Source: Alphaproteobacteria bacterium
GTDB lineage: Bacteria; Pseudomonadota; Alphaproteobacteria; UBA828
DNA length: 64,000 nt
Direction of reading: 5' to 3'
Assembly: GCA_963667785.2 (NCBI GenBank)
Contig: CAXXMU010000001.1
Coordinates: 1-64,000, forward strand
Positions 26,996 to 38,740 of the stretch are shown piece by piece (the first letter of the stretch is position 1; each line of letters opens with the position of its first letter). The notes beneath the pieces are model-generated. The model worked only from the letters and a program-made list of their open reading frames with translations, made no database searches and had not been told where the DNA came from. The position numbers were made by a program, and so were the translations under genes.

Positions 26996-27244
26996 ATGGC
27001 GAGCAGGAAGGCGGCCAGGCCGCAGACCCTCACCCTGGCCGAGCTGATCGAAGGCGCGCGCGCCTATCTGGCTCAGGCGAGCGAACGGGTGGTGGGGCTT
27101 GAGGACACCGGGGCTCCCGGCCGCCACGATCTGACCATGATCGAGGTGGCCCGCGACGAGGTGCGCGAGGCCGCCAGGCTCATGCGCCGCGTCCACGACC
27201 GCGCCGCCAGGGCCGCCCGCAGGGCGCCCAAGGGCGGTCGCTGA
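26996..27244 (+). CDS. Hypothetical small helical protein (82 aa)
   Basis: GAGGAGG RBS; last ORF of the cluster. Confidence 0.55.
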   Translation: MASRKAARPQTLTLAELIEGARAYLAQASERVVGLEDTGAPGRHDLTMIEVARDEVREAARLMRRVHDRAARAARRAPKGGR

Positions 27245-27483
27245 CGGCCGGCGCCGGGCGCACCTTCATCCCCACGATCGCGGCCTGAGCGGCGCCCGGC
27301 CTGCGCCGGCCCGGCCGGCTCCGCAGCCCGCGCGGCCGGTTGCGCCGGCCCGGTGAGTGTGATACCACTCTGCCGCCTTGTCCGGGACGGGCGCCCGCGA
27401 GGCTTTTTTTGCGGCCGCGCCGCCGGATAGGCCGCGCGTGGCGGCGCATCCGGAGCACACTCAAGCGGACCTGAGGAGTAGCG

Positions 27484-28041
27484 GTGGCTGGTCAATCGGT
27501 CGGCGGAGCCGGTCTGGCGGATCGCTATGCGACTGCGCTCTTCGAGCTTGCTCTCGAGAGGGACGCGCTCGAAGCGGTCGAGGGCGACCTCGACGCCATC
27601 CGCACGCTGGTCGGCGGCAGCGACGACCTCGGGCGCGTGGTGCGGAGCCTGACGCTCTCCCGCGCGGAGCAGGGCCAGGCGCTCGACGCCGTGCTGGAGA
27701 GGCTGGGCACCGGCCAGTATGTCCGCAACTTCGTGGCCCTGCTGGCGCGCAACCGGCGCGTCTTCCTGCTGACGGACATGATCGCCGCGTTCCAGGCGAA
27801 GCTCGCCGAGCATCGCGGCGAGGTCTCGGCCGAGGTGACCTCGGCGGTGCCGCTCAAGCCCGCCCACGTGGAGGCCGTGAACGAGGCGCTCCGCGCCATC
27901 GTCGGCCGCGACGTGGCGCTCGAGACCCGGGTCGACCCGGCGTTGATCGGCGGGCTCACGGTGCGCGTCGGCTCGCGCATGCTCGACAACTCGATCAGAA
28001 CGAAGCTCCAGAATCTGGAGTTGGCGATGAAGGGAATCTGA
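27484..28041 (+). CDS. atpH: F1F0 ATP synthase subunit delta
   Basis: [36 protein letters not shown]. Confidence 0.97.
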   Translation: MAGQSVGGAGLADRYATALFELALERDALEAVEGDLDAIRTLVGGSDDLGRVVRSLTLSRAEQGQALDAVLERLGTGQYVRNFVALLARNRRVFLLTDMIAAFQAKLAEHRGEVSAEVTSAVPLKPAHVEAVNEALRAIVGRDVALETRVDPALIGGLTVRVGSRMLDNSIRTKLQNLELAMKGI

Positions 28042-28042
28042 G

Positions 28043-29572
28043 ATGGATATCGGCGCCGCCGAGATTTCGGCAATCCTGAAGGAGCAGATCGCCAATTTCG
28101 GCTCCGAGGCCGATGTCGCCGAGGTGGGCCAGGTGCTCTCCGTCGGCGACGGCGTGGCCCGCGTCTACGGGCTCGACAATGTCCAGGCCGGCGAGATGGT
28201 CGAGTTCCCCGGCGGCATCCGGGGCATGGCGCTCAACCTCGAGACCGACAATGTCGGCATCGTGATCTTCGGCGAAGACCGCGACATCAAGGAAGGCGAC
28301 ATCGTCAAGCGCACCGGCACCATCGTTGACGTGCCGGTGGGCAAGGGGCTGCTCGGCCGCGTCGTCGACCCGCTCGGCAACCCGCTCGACGGCAAGGGCC
28401 CGATCGAGAGCGACGAGCGCCGCCGGGTCGAGGTCAAGGCGCCCAGCATCATCCCGCGCCGCTCGGTGCACGAGCCGGTGCAGACCGGGCTGAAGGCGCT
28501 CGATGCGCTGGTGCCCATCGGCCGCGGCCAGCGCGAGCTCATCATCGGCGACCGCCAGACCGGCAAGACCGCCATCGCCATCGACACCATCATCAACCAG
28601 AAGGACGTCAACGCCGGCGACGACGAATCGCGCAAGCTCTACTGCATCTACGTGGCGGTGGGGCAGAAGCGCTCGACCGTGGCGCAGATCGTCAAGACGC
28701 TGGAGGAGAACGGCGCGCTCGACTATTCCATCGTCGTCTCCGCCTCCGCCTCGGAGCCGGCGCCGCTGCAGTTCCTCGCCCCCTACGCGGGCTGCACCAT
28801 GGGCGAGTATTTCCGCGACAACGGCATGCACGCGGTCATCTTCTACGACGACCTCTCGAAGCAGGCCGTGGCCTACCGCCAGATGTCGCTGCTGCTCCGC
28901 CGCCCGCCGGGGCGCGAGGCGTATCCGGGCGACGTCTTCTACCTGCACTCGCGCCTGCTCGAGCGCGCGGCCAAGATGAACGAGCAGAACGGCTCCGGCT
29001 CGCTCACCGCCATGCCGGTGATCGAGACCCAGGCCAACGACGTCTCGGCCTACATCCCCACCAACGTCATCTCGATCACCGACGGCCAGATCTTCCTCGA
29101 GACCGATCTCTTCTATCAGGGCATCCGGCCTGCGATTAACGTCGGCCTCTCGGTCAGCCGGGTGGGCTCTGCCGCCCAGGTGAAGGCGATGAAGCAGGTG
29201 GCGGGCCGGATCAAGCTGGAGCTCGCCCAGTATCGCGAGATGGCGGCCTTCGCGCAGTTCGGCTCCGACCTCGACGCGGCGACCCAGCGCCTGCTCAACC
29301 GCGGCGCGCGGCTCACCGAGCTGCTCAAGCAGGATCAGTTCTCGCCGATGGCGGTGGAGGAGCAGGTGGTCTCCATCTTCGCCGGCGTGCGCGGCTATCT
29401 CGACGGCATCGAGGTGACCGACATTGGCCGCTTCGAGAGCGAGTTCCTGGGCGAGATGCGGGCTAGTCACGCGGGCCTGCTCGACGAGATTCGCAGCTCC
29501 CAGGAGATGAGCGGGGACAGCGAGAAGGCGCTCGCGGCGATCCTCGACGACTTCTCCAAGAAGTTCGCCTAA
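28043..29572 (+). CDS. atpA: F1F0 ATP synthase subunit alpha
   Basis: [33 protein letters not shown]. Confidence 0.99.
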   Translation: MDIGAAEISAILKEQIANFGSEADVAEVGQVLSVGDGVARVYGLDNVQAGEMVEFPGGIRGMALNLETDNVGIVIFGEDRDIKEGDIVKRTGTIVDVPVGKGLLGRVVDPLGNPLDGKGPIESDERRRVEVKAPSIIPRRSVHEPVQTGLKALDALVPIGRGQRELIIGDRQTGKTAIAIDTIINQKDVNAGDDESRKLYCIYVAVGQKRSTVAQIVKTLEENGALDYSIVVSASASEPAPLQFLAPYAGCTMGEYFRDNGMHAVIFYDDLSKQAVAYRQMSLLLRRPPGREAYPGDVFYLHSRLLERAAKMNEQNGSGSLTAMPVIETQANDVSAYIPTNVISITDGQIFLETDLFYQGIRPAINVGLSVSRVGSAAQVKAMKQVAGRIKLELAQYREMAAFAQFGSDLDAATQRLLNRGARLTELLKQDQFSPMAVEEQVVSIFAGVRGYLDGIEVTDIGRFESEFLGEMRASHAGLLDEIRSSQEMSGDSEKALAAILDDFSKKFA

Positions 29573-29605
29573 CTCTCTGCGGTAAGGGAGAAACGGGCCT
29601 CCGCC

Positions 29606-30499
29606 ATGGCGAGCCTCAAGGACCTCCGGGTGCGCATCAACAGCGTGCGCCAGACCCAGAAGATCACCTCGGCGATGAAGCTCGTGGCGGCGTCGAAGCT
29701 GCGCCGCGCGCAGGAGGCCGCCGAAGCCGCGCGGCCCTTCTCCGAGCGGATGGAGCGGATGGTGGGCTCGCTCGCGCAGATCATGGGCGAGCGCGAGGAC
29801 GCGCCGGCGATGCTGCGCGGCACCGGCCGGGACGAGACCCACCTCTTCGTGGTCGCGACCGCCGACCGGGGGCTCTGCGGTGGCTTCAACAGCTCGATCA
29901 CGCGGGCGACGCGCGCGCGCCTCAAGGAGCTCGGCGAGCAGGGCAAGACCGCCAAGATCATCTGCGTCGGCCGCAAGGGGCGCGAGCAGCTTCGCCGCGA
30001 GTTCGGCGCGATGATCGTCGACCACACCGACGGGATCGGGCGCTCCGGCGGCCCCTCTTTCGAGGAGGCGGACGAGATCGGCCGTGGCCTCGCCAGGCGC
30101 TTCGAGGACGGTGAGTTCGACACCTGCACCGTGGTCTACAACCGCTTCAGGACGGTGATGAGCCAGGTCGTCACCTTCCAGCAGCTCATTCCCTTCAGCC
30201 CGCCGGAGCAGGCGGCGGCCGAGGAGGTCGAGGATACCGGCGGCGCGATCTACGAGTTCGAGCCCGACGAGGAGATGATCCTCTCCGACCTGCTGCCGCG
30301 CAATCTCTCGATCCAGATCTTCCGCTCCCTGCTGGAGAACGCGGCGAGCGAGCAGGGCGCGCGGATGACGGCGATGGACAGCGCGACGCGCAACGCCGGC
30401 GAGATGATCGACAAGCTGACCCTTCACTACAACCGGACGCGACAGGCGCAGATCACCAAGGAGCTGATCGAGATCATCTCCGGCGCGGAAGCGCTCTAG
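29606..30499 (+). CDS. atpG: F1F0 ATP synthase subunit gamma
   Basis: [38 protein letters not shown]. Confidence 0.99.
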   Translation: MASLKDLRVRINSVRQTQKITSAMKLVAASKLRRAQEAAEAARPFSERMERMVGSLAQIMGEREDAPAMLRGTGRDETHLFVVATADRGLCGGFNSSITRATRARLKELGEQGKTAKIICVGRKGREQLRREFGAMIVDHTDGIGRSGGPSFEEADEIGRGLARRFEDGEFDTCTVVYNRFRTVMSQVVTFQQLIPFSPPEQAAAEEVEDTGGAIYEFEPDEEMILSDLLPRNLSIQIFRSLLENAASEQGARMTAMDSATRNAGEMIDKLTLHYNRTRQAQITKELIEIISGAEAL

Positions 30500-31966
<1,467 letters not shown>

Positions 31967-31993
31967 GGGGCACGGGGGCAGCGGGGCAGCACC

Positions 31994-32395
31994 ATGGCCG
32001 ACACCCTGCAATTCGAGCTGGTGGCGCCGGAGCGGCTGATCTTCTCCGGCGAGGTGGAAATGGTCGTGGTGCCGGGCGCCGAGGGCGACTTCGGCGTGCT
32101 GCCGGGCCACTCGCTCCTGCTCTCCACGCTCCGGCCGGGCGTGATCGAGATCTACGAGAACGAGAAGCCGAAGGATCGCTACGTGGTGGCCGAGGGCTTC
32201 GCCGAGGTGACGGGCGAGCGCTGCACGGTGCTCTCCACCGAGGCGTTCGAGACCGGCGCCATCGACCGGGCCGAGGCCGAGGCGAGGCTGGAGCGGGCGC
32301 AGCTCGGCCTGCGCGACGCAGACGGCGACGAGGAGCGCGCGAAGTACGAGCGCGAGGTGGAGCTGGCCGAGCTGCTGGCCGCCAACGTCGGCTGA
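31994..32395 (+). CDS. atpC: F1F0 ATP synthase subunit epsilon
   Basis: FELVAPER, PGAEGDFGVLPGH. Confidence 0.97.
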   Translation: MADTLQFELVAPERLIFSGEVEMVVVPGAEGDFGVLPGHSLLLSTLRPGVIEIYENEKPKDRYVVAEGFAEVTGERCTVLSTEAFETGAIDRAEAEARLERAQLGLRDADGDEERAKYEREVELAELLAANVG

Positions 32396-32521
32396 GCCGG
32401 CGCGGCCGGCCGGGCATCCGGCCGGCTGCCGTGAGCGACAAAGTGCCGGCGCGATTCCGCTTCGAGCGGAATCGGTCTAGAATGCGGAGCCGTGAACTCG
32501 TCGCAGAGCGGGTATCGGAAG

Positions 32522-33385
32522 ATGGGAACCTGGACCCTCGACGACATCCCGTGGGACCGCTTCGACCGGTCCAAGCTCGACCCCGAGATGGTCAAGGTCG
32601 CCAAGGCGGCGTGCATGGTCGAGCACCACAGCGCCGACTACGGCCAGTATCTCTGCGGCGTCTTCCACGACGATCCCGCCTTCTGCGCCGATGCGCTCGC
32701 CTGGGCGGAGGAGGAGGTCCAGCACGGCGCCGTGCTCAGGCGCTATGCCGAGCTCGCGGATCCCTCGTTCGAATTCGACGCCGCCTTCGCGCGCTTCGTC
32801 GCCGGCCATCCCATCGACGTGGACGCCAGCGAATCGATCCGCGGCTCGCGCTGCGGCGAGCTGGTGGCGCGCTGCATCGTCGAGGTCGGCACCTCCGCCT
32901 ATTACAGCGCGCTCCGCGATGCCGCCGAGGAGCCCGTCTTCAAGGCGATCTGCACGCGCATCGCCGGCGACGAGTTCCGTCACTACAAGCTCTTCTACAC
33001 CGCCATGAAGCGCTATCGGGACAGCGAGGGGCTCGGCCTGCTCGCGCGCGCCAGTGTGGCGCTCGGCCGGCTGTTCGAATCGACCGACGACGAGCTCTCC
33101 TACGCCTACCACTGCGGCGCCGGCGAGCCGGACCCCTATATCCGCCGCCGCGCGAGCCGCGCCTATGCGGCGCGCACGCTGCCGCTCTACCGGCGCGACC
33201 ACGTCCAGCGCGGCGTGGGCATGACGCTGAAGGCGATCGGCATCAAGCCGCACGGGCGGCTCGGCAGAATCGTCGAGAGCCTGGTGTGGCGCGGGTTCAG
33301 CCTCTATGCCCGCCGCCTCGCGCGGGCGATGGCGCGAGAAGCGGACGAAACTCGGCAATCACCGCTTCGTAGAGCGCCTGCTTGA
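32522..33385 (+). CDS. Ferritin-like diiron protein (acyl-ACP desaturase-like)
   Basis: [14 protein letters not shown] and DEFRHY (two ExxH motifs). Confidence 0.85.
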   Translation: MGTWTLDDIPWDRFDRSKLDPEMVKVAKAACMVEHHSADYGQYLCGVFHDDPAFCADALAWAEEEVQHGAVLRRYAELADPSFEFDAAFARFVAGHPIDVDASESIRGSRCGELVARCIVEVGTSAYYSALRDAAEEPVFKAICTRIAGDEFRHYKLFYTAMKRYRDSEGLGLLARASVALGRLFESTDDELSYAYHCGAGEPDPYIRRRASRAYAARTLPLYRRDHVQRGVGMTLKAIGIKPHGRLGRIVESLVWRGFSLYARRLARAMAREADETRQSPLRRAPA

Positions 33386-33809
33386 ACGACACCGCGTTGA
33401 CGGCGAGCTCGTCGACGGGCGACCAGCGCCAGTCGCTGAACTCCGGGTGCGCCGTCCTGACGTCGATGTCGGCGTCGGTGCCGAGGAAGCGCGCGGCGAA
33501 CCACTTCTGCTCCTGGCCCCGGTAGCGCCCCCGCCAGACCCGGCGGACCATATTGGGCGGCAGGTCGTAGCGCAGCCACGCGCGGGTTTCCGCGAGCAGC
33601 TCCACCCGGTCAGGCGCGACGCCGGTCTCTTCCTCGAGCTCGCGCAGGGCCGCGTCGCGGGGGCTCTCGCCCCGGTCGATTCCGCCCTGCGGCATCTGCC
33701 AGGCCTCCTGCACCATGTCGATGCGCCTGCCGACGAAGACCAGTCCCCGGGCGTTGAACAGCAGCACGCCGACGCAGGGCCGGTAGGGAAGATCGTCCGG
33801 GCTCGTCAT
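33297..33809 (-). CDS. rppH: RNA pyrophosphohydrolase
   Basis: [28 protein letters not shown] Nudix box, YRGQEQKWF. Confidence 0.95.
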   Translation of the reverse strand: MTSPDDLPYRPCVGVLLFNARGLVFVGRRIDMVQEAWQMPQGGIDRGESPRDAALRELEEETGVAPDRVELLAETRAWLRYDLPPNMVRRVWRGRYRGQEQKWFAARFLGTDADIDVRTAHPEFSDWRWSPVDELAVNAVSFKQALYEAVIAEFRPLLAPSPARGGGHRG

Positions 33810-33840
33810 GCCGCCGGCCGGGCAGGCCGCCGCTCCCCGC

Positions 33841-35130
33841 TCAGTTCAGGACCGCGTCGCCCGAGAGCAGGTGGAAGCCGCGCAGCAGGTCGATGGCGCG
33901 GGCGAGCTGATAGTCGTTCTCCGCCGGGTCGTCCGCCGCCTCTTCCGGCGCGGTGTCCCCGTCGGTCCCGGCGTCGTCCGGGCCGGTATTGTCGAGCTGC
34001 CCCCTCAGGTCCCCCTCGCGGTGCTCGGGCTCCGGCTCCTGCTGCGGCCGGATCCGTTCGACGACGATGTCCGGCTCGATCCCGTTCGCCTGGATGTCGC
34101 GGCCGGCCGGCGTGAAGTAGTGCGCGGTGGTGAGACGCAGCGCCCCGCGCCCGCTGGGAAGGGGGAGAACCGTCTGCACCGAGCCCTTGCCGAAGGAGCG
34201 GGTACCGAGAATGACCGCGCGCCGGTGGTCCTGCAGCGCGCCGGCGACGATCTCCGACGCCGATGCCGATCCGCCGTTGATCAGCACCACCATCGGCGCG
34301 CCGTCGATGATGTCGCCGCCCTCGGCGCTGAAGCGCTGCGCGCTGTCGGCCCGGCGCCCCCGCGTCGAGACGATCTCGCCGCGCTCCAGGAACGCATCCG
34401 AGACGGCGATCGCCTGTTCGAGGAGACCGCCCGGATTGTTCCGCAGGTCGAGCACGGCACCGAGCGCCCGATCGCCGGTCTCGTCCCACAGATCGCCGAC
34501 GATCTCCTCGAGATCGTCGGCGGTGCGCTCGGAGAACGTCGAGATCCGCGCGAGGATGACGTCGTCGTCCACCACCCGCGCGCGTACCGAACGGATCTTG
34601 ATGATCGCGCGCGTGATCGGGACCTCGAGGGCTTCATCCAGGCCGCTGCGGCGGATGGTCAGCCTGATCTCGGAATCGGCCGGGCCGCGCATCTTGTCGA
34701 CCGCCTGCTGGAGGGTGAGGCCCTGCACCGGCTCGCCGTCGAGATGGGTCACCAGGTCGCCCGGCTCGATGCCGGCGCGCTGGGCGGGCGTGTCGTCGAT
34801 CGGCGCGATCACCTTGACCAGGCCGTTCTCCATCGTCACCTCGATGCCGAGGCCGCCGAACTCACCGCGGGCCTGGACCTGGACTTCCCTGAAGCTCTTG
34901 GGATCGTGGTACTTGGAGTGCGGGTCGAGCGAGGCGATCATGCCGTCGATGGCGGCCTCGATCAGCTCCGAGGTGTCCACGTCCTCGACGTAGTCGTCGC
35001 GGATATGCTCGAGAATGTCGCCGAACAGATCGAGCTGCTCGTAGGTTTCCGCAGCCTCCTGAGCCGGTGCCAGGGCCGGGAGGCTAGCCATCATCAGGCC
35101 GGCGATGCCGGCTGCGAGAACTCGTTTCAT
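33841..35130 (-). CDS. ctpA: Carboxy-terminal processing protease, S41 family
   Basis: [45 protein letters not shown]. Confidence 0.93.
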   Translation of the reverse strand: MKRVLAAGIAGLMMASLPALAPAQEAAETYEQLDLFGDILEHIRDDYVEDVDTSELIEAAIDGMIASLDPHSKYHDPKSFREVQVQARGEFGGLGIEVTMENGLVKVIAPIDDTPAQRAGIEPGDLVTHLDGEPVQGLTLQQAVDKMRGPADSEIRLTIRRSGLDEALEVPITRAIIKIRSVRARVVDDDVILARISTFSERTADDLEEIVGDLWDETGDRALGAVLDLRNNPGGLLEQAIAVSDAFLERGEIVSTRGRRADSAQRFSAEGGDIIDGAPMVVLINGGSASASEIVAGALQDHRRAVILGTRSFGKGSVQTVLPLPSGRGALRLTTAHYFTPAGRDIQANGIEPDIVVERIRPQQEPEPEHREGDLRGQLDNTGPDDAGTDGDTAPEEAADDPAENDYQLARAIDLLRGFHLLSGDAVLN

Positions 35131-35275
35131 CCTGTCCTTCGACCGTAGCGCCGGCTGTCCGCTGTCAGCGCGGACCATGATATCTCTCGCCGACGAAGTT
35201 GATCAACCAGCGCGTCCCTGCAGCGCCGTATCCGCTGCAGCATCTGCACGCGCTTCTGCCCGAGCCGGTCCGCCC

Positions 35276-35803
35276 TCATTCCCGCTGCGGGGCAGGGGGC
35301 AGCGGCTCGACGACCTGCGTCGCCGCCACCGCTGCGAGCAGGGCCGTGGCCGTGGCGCCCGATTCGGGATGGCGCCAGTCGGGGGCGACCTCGAGGAGGG
35401 GGGCCAGCACGAACGCCCGCTCGCCGAGCCGCGGGTGGGGGAGGACGAGCGCCGGCCCGTCCCGGTCGCCGTCGCGCCGGACGATGCGGCCGTCATAGTC
35501 GAGCAGGTCGAGATCGAGCGGCCGCGCAGCGCCGTCCACGCCGCGCCGGCGCCCGAATTCGGCTTCGACCTCGAGCAGGCGCGCCATGAGGGCGACGGGG
35601 GAGAGCGTCGTCTCGACCCTGATCACGCCATTGACGAACCAGGGTCCGTCTGCAGGCGGGAGCGGCGCGCTGCGATACCAGCGCGACCGTGCCGCGACCT
35701 GCAAGCGAGCGTCACCGAGCGCGTCGAGCGCGGCATCGAGCCCCTGGGCGGGCGCGCCGAAGCGCGCGGTCGGGAGATTCGCACCGAGCGCGATCAGGAT
35801 CAT
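35276..35803 (-). CDS. folK: 2-amino-4-hydroxy-6-hydroxymethyldihydropteridine diphosphokinase
   Basis: IALGANL, RPLDLDLL, LPHPRLGERAFVLAPL. Confidence 0.95.
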   Translation of the reverse strand: MILIALGANLPTARFGAPAQGLDAALDALGDARLQVAARSRWYRSAPLPPADGPWFVNGVIRVETTLSPVALMARLLEVEAEFGRRRGVDGAARPLDLDLLDYDGRIVRRDGDRDGPALVLPHPRLGERAFVLAPLLEVAPDWRHPESGATATALLAAVAATQVVEPLPPAPQRE

Positions 35804-35963
35804 CGCAGCGATAAGCGCTCTTGCACTTGTTCCCGTCTCCGGTAAGTCCTAGTTATAGGGTCGGGGCATGAAGCTTCGGCATGGTGGACCATCGGCGCGG
35901 AGATTGCTCCACGCCGTCCCTGCCCGGCATTCTGCCTGATCGAACGAGGAAGGATAGAGCTGC

Positions 35964-36614
35964 ATGGACTTCAATTCGCAAGAGCGAATCGGCCTCTTCA
36001 TCGACGGCGCGAATTTGTATGCCGCCGCGCGTTCGCTCGGTTTCGACATAGACTACAAGCGCTTGCGCGAGGAATTCGCGGACAAGGGCCGCCTCATCCG
36101 CGCCCTCTATTACACCGCTCTCGTCGAGGACCAGGAGTATTCGCCCATCCGGCCGCTGGTCGACTGGCTCGACTACAACGGCTACACGCTGGTCACGAAG
36201 CCGACCAAGGAGTTCACCGATTCCATGGGCCGGCGCAAGGTCAAGGGCGACATGGACATCGAGATCGCCGTCGACATGATGATCATGGCGGAGGCGCTCG
36301 ACCATATCGTGCTGTTTTCCGGCGACGGCGATTTTCGCCGGGTGGTCGAGGCGGTGCAGCACCGGGGCGTGCGGGTATCCGTGGTCAGCACCCTTCGCTC
36401 CCAGCCGCCCATGATCGCCGACGAGCTGCGCCGCCAGGCCGACAGCTTCATCGAGCTGCAGGAGCTCGAGCCCCTGATCGCGCGCGAGCCCAAGTGGCGC
36501 AACGAGCGTCCCCGCGCCGTGAGGGAGCCGATGGACGGCGAGTACGACGAGTACGAGGACGACGGCGACGGTGACGGGGGCGAGATGGTCGACGAGGTGT
36601 CGCACTCGGCGTGA
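35964..36614 (+). CDS. NYN domain (LabA/DUF88) protein
   Basis: FIDGANL, KGDMDIEIAVD, LFSGDGDF, ADELRRQAD. Confidence 0.93.
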   Translation: MDFNSQERIGLFIDGANLYAAARSLGFDIDYKRLREEFADKGRLIRALYYTALVEDQEYSPIRPLVDWLDYNGYTLVTKPTKEFTDSMGRRKVKGDMDIEIAVDMMIMAEALDHIVLFSGDGDFRRVVEAVQHRGVRVSVVSTLRSQPPMIADELRRQADSFIELQELEPLIAREPKWRNERPRAVREPMDGEYDEYEDDGDGDGGEMVDEVSHSA

Positions 36615-37282
36615 GCCCACCGGTGTCCGCTCCGTCCGCGCCGGCCGTACCGGATCGGGACTGCGGCGGCTGCCCCAGGCTCGTCGCCTATCGCGAGGAA
36701 TGGCGCGCTGCCGAGCCCGGCTGGCACAACGCGCCGGTGCAGAGCTTCGGCGGCCTCGATGCGCGGCTCCTGATCGTCGGCCTCGCCCCCGGTCTGCGCG
36801 GGGCCAACCGCAGCGGCCGGCCCTTCACCGGCGACCATGCCGGCGACCTGCTCTATGCGACTCTCGGCGATTGCGGCTTCGCCGCCGGCACCTATGGCGC
36901 CCGGCCGGAAGACGGCCTCGCTCTCCGCGATTGCCGGATCACCAACGCGGTGCGCTGCGTTCCGCCCAAGAACAAGCCGACGGCGGCCGAGATCGCGGCC
37001 TGCCGCGACTTTCTCGCCGCCGAGATCGCCGCCATGACGAGGCTTCGCGCGATCCTCGCGCTGGGCCAGGTCGCCCACGGCGCGGTGCTCAGGGCGCTGG
37101 GGCGACGGGCCGGCGCCTGCCGCTTCGCCCACGGCGCGGTCCATCGCCTCGACGCAGCCCGCCTGCTGGTCGACAGTTACCACTGCTCGCGGCTGAACAC
37201 GAACACGGGCCGTCTGACGCCCGCGATGTTCGCCGACGTGTTCCGTACCATCCGGGAGGCGCTCGACGCCCCGTCTGTCTGA
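36611..37282 (+). CDS. Uracil-DNA glycosylase (family 5, Fe-S)
   Basis: CGGCPRL, GLAPGLRGANRSGRPFTGD, RCVPPKNKP, YHCSRLNT. Confidence 0.93.
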   Translation: MSPPVSAPSAPAVPDRDCGGCPRLVAYREEWRAAEPGWHNAPVQSFGGLDARLLIVGLAPGLRGANRSGRPFTGDHAGDLLYATLGDCGFAAGTYGARPEDGLALRDCRITNAVRCVPPKNKPTAAEIAACRDFLAAEIAAMTRLRAILALGQVAHGAVLRALGRRAGACRFAHGAVHRLDAARLLVDSYHCSRLNTNTGRLTPAMFADVFRTIREALDAPSV

Positions 37283-37301
37283 CCGCCTGACCGGGAGGGG
37301 G

Positions 37302-37778
37302 CTACCCGCGCTCGCGCACCAGCCGCGCCTTCTGACGCTGCCAGTCGCGCTGCTTCTCAGCCTGACGCTTGTCGTACTGGCGCTTGCCTGACGCCATGGC
37401 GAGCGAGAGCTTGGCGATCCCGCGCGCGTTGAAATAGAGGGTGAGCGGCACCAGCGTCACGCCGCCGCGCCTGAGCGCGCCCACGAGCTTGCGGATCTCG
37501 CGCTTGTGCAGCAGCAGCTTTCGCGGCCTGAGCGGATCGTGGTTGAAGGGGCCGGCGCCGTCGTACTGCGAGATGTGCGCGTTCAGCAGATACACCTCGC
37601 CGCCGCGCTCGACGGCGTACGCATCGTTGATATTGGCGCGGCCGGCGCGCAGCGACTTGACCTCGGTGCCGGTGAGCCGGATGCCGACCTCGAAGGGGCG
37701 CTCCAGATGGTAGTCGCGCCGCGCCTTGCGATTCTGCGCGATGCGCTTGCCGCCGGGGGCGGCGGCCTTTCCGCTCAC
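37302..37778 (-). CDS. smpB: SsrA-binding protein
   Basis: NRKARRDY, LTGTEVKSLR, RKLLLHKREI, GKRQYDKR. Confidence 0.97.
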   Translation of the reverse strand: MSGKAAAPGGKRIAQNRKARRDYHLERPFEVGIRLTGTEVKSLRAGRANINDAYAVERGGEVYLLNAHISQYDGAGPFNHDPLRPRKLLLHKREIRKLVGALRRGGVTLVPLTLYFNARGIAKLSLAMASGKRQYDKRQAEKQRDWQRQKARLVRERG

Positions 37779-37809
37779 CGCGCGGGCCGTCGCCGGTCCG
37801 GCGCCCGGC

Positions 37810-38685
37810 TCAGTTGAGGAGGCCGACCTGGCGCATCGCCGCCTCGATCCGCGTGCAGTTGTTCTCGCTCGGGGGCGTCAGCGGCAGCCGCACCTCCGGC
37901 GCGCACTTGCCGAGCAGCGACGCGGCGTACTTGACCGGGATCGGGTTGCTCTCGACGAAGAGCGCGTCGTGCAGCGGCATCAGCCTCGTGTGCCGGTCGA
38001 GCGCGCCGGCGGCATCGCCGTCCGCCCACGCGGCGAAGAAGCCCGCGCACTGGCGCGGCGCCACGTTCGCGGTCACCGAGATGCAGCCGTCGCCCCCCTG
38101 CGCCAGGAAGCCCAGGATGGTGCCGTCCTCGCCCGAGAGCTGGCAGAACTCCTCGCCGATGGCCGTCCTCGTGCGGGTGGGCCTGCCGACGTCGGCGGTG
38201 GCGTCCTTGACGCCGACGACGTTGGGGAGCTCGGCGCAGCGCGCCATCGTCTCCACCGACATGTCGACGACGCTGCGCCCGGGGATGTTGTAGATGATCT
38301 GCGGGATGTCCACGGCGTCGTTGACGGCCTTGTAGTGGGCGTACATGCCCTCTTGCGTCGGCTTGTTGTAATAGGGCATGACCAGCAGCGCGCCGTCTGC
38401 GCCGGAGTCTTTGGCGTGGCGGGTCAGGCTGATCGCCTCCTCGGTCGAGTTCGAGCCCGTGCCGGCCACGACCGGAACCCGCCCCGCAGTGACCTCGATG
38501 CAGATCTCGGTCACCCGGTGGTGTTCCTCGTGGCTGAGGGTCGGCGATTCACCCGTGGTGCCGCAGGGCACGAGCCCGGCGGCGCCCTCCTCGATTTGCC
38601 ACTCGACGAAGTCACGGTATGCGTCCTCATCCACCTTGCCATCGCGGAACGGCGTGATCAGGGCAGTCAGATATCCACGGAACAT
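37810..38685 (-). CDS. dapA: 4-hydroxy-tetrahydrodipicolinate synthase
   Basis: [29 protein letters not shown]. Confidence 0.97.
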   Translation of the reverse strand: MFRGYLTALITPFRDGKVDEDAYRDFVEWQIEEGAAGLVPCGTTGESPTLSHEEHHRVTEICIEVTAGRVPVVAGTGSNSTEEAISLTRHAKDSGADGALLVMPYYNKPTQEGMYAHYKAVNDAVDIPQIIYNIPGRSVVDMSVETMARCAELPNVVGVKDATADVGRPTRTRTAIGEEFCQLSGEDGTILGFLAQGGDGCISVTANVAPRQCAGFFAAWADGDAAGALDRHTRLMPLHDALFVESNPIPVKYAASLLGKCAPEVRLPLTPPSENNCTRIEAAMRQVGLLN

Positions 38686-38740
38686 GCCACGCTCCCACGG
38701 TCGTGCATTGCCTCGTGAGCGAGAATAGGTTGGCATCATA

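Larger units (their letters stand above)
2994..27244. mobile_element. Mu-like (transposable siphophage)-derived gene cluster, non-autonomous (no transposase, portal or lysis genes seen)
   Basis: Mor, GemA, Gam, Cro, CI, gp28-type terminase, I protease, capsid, gp36, gpG and siphophage tail genes in B3/RcapMu-like order. Boundaries approximate. Confidence 0.9.

Noticed and set aside
27385-27415. Rho-independent terminator before atpH (GC stretch plus T6)
   Set aside because: No clean stem directly before the T run; more likely part of the atp leader or promoter region.
37283-37810. tmRNA next to smpB
   Set aside because: No intergenic space or tRNA-like sequence; I recognised no tRNA or rRNA anywhere in the window.
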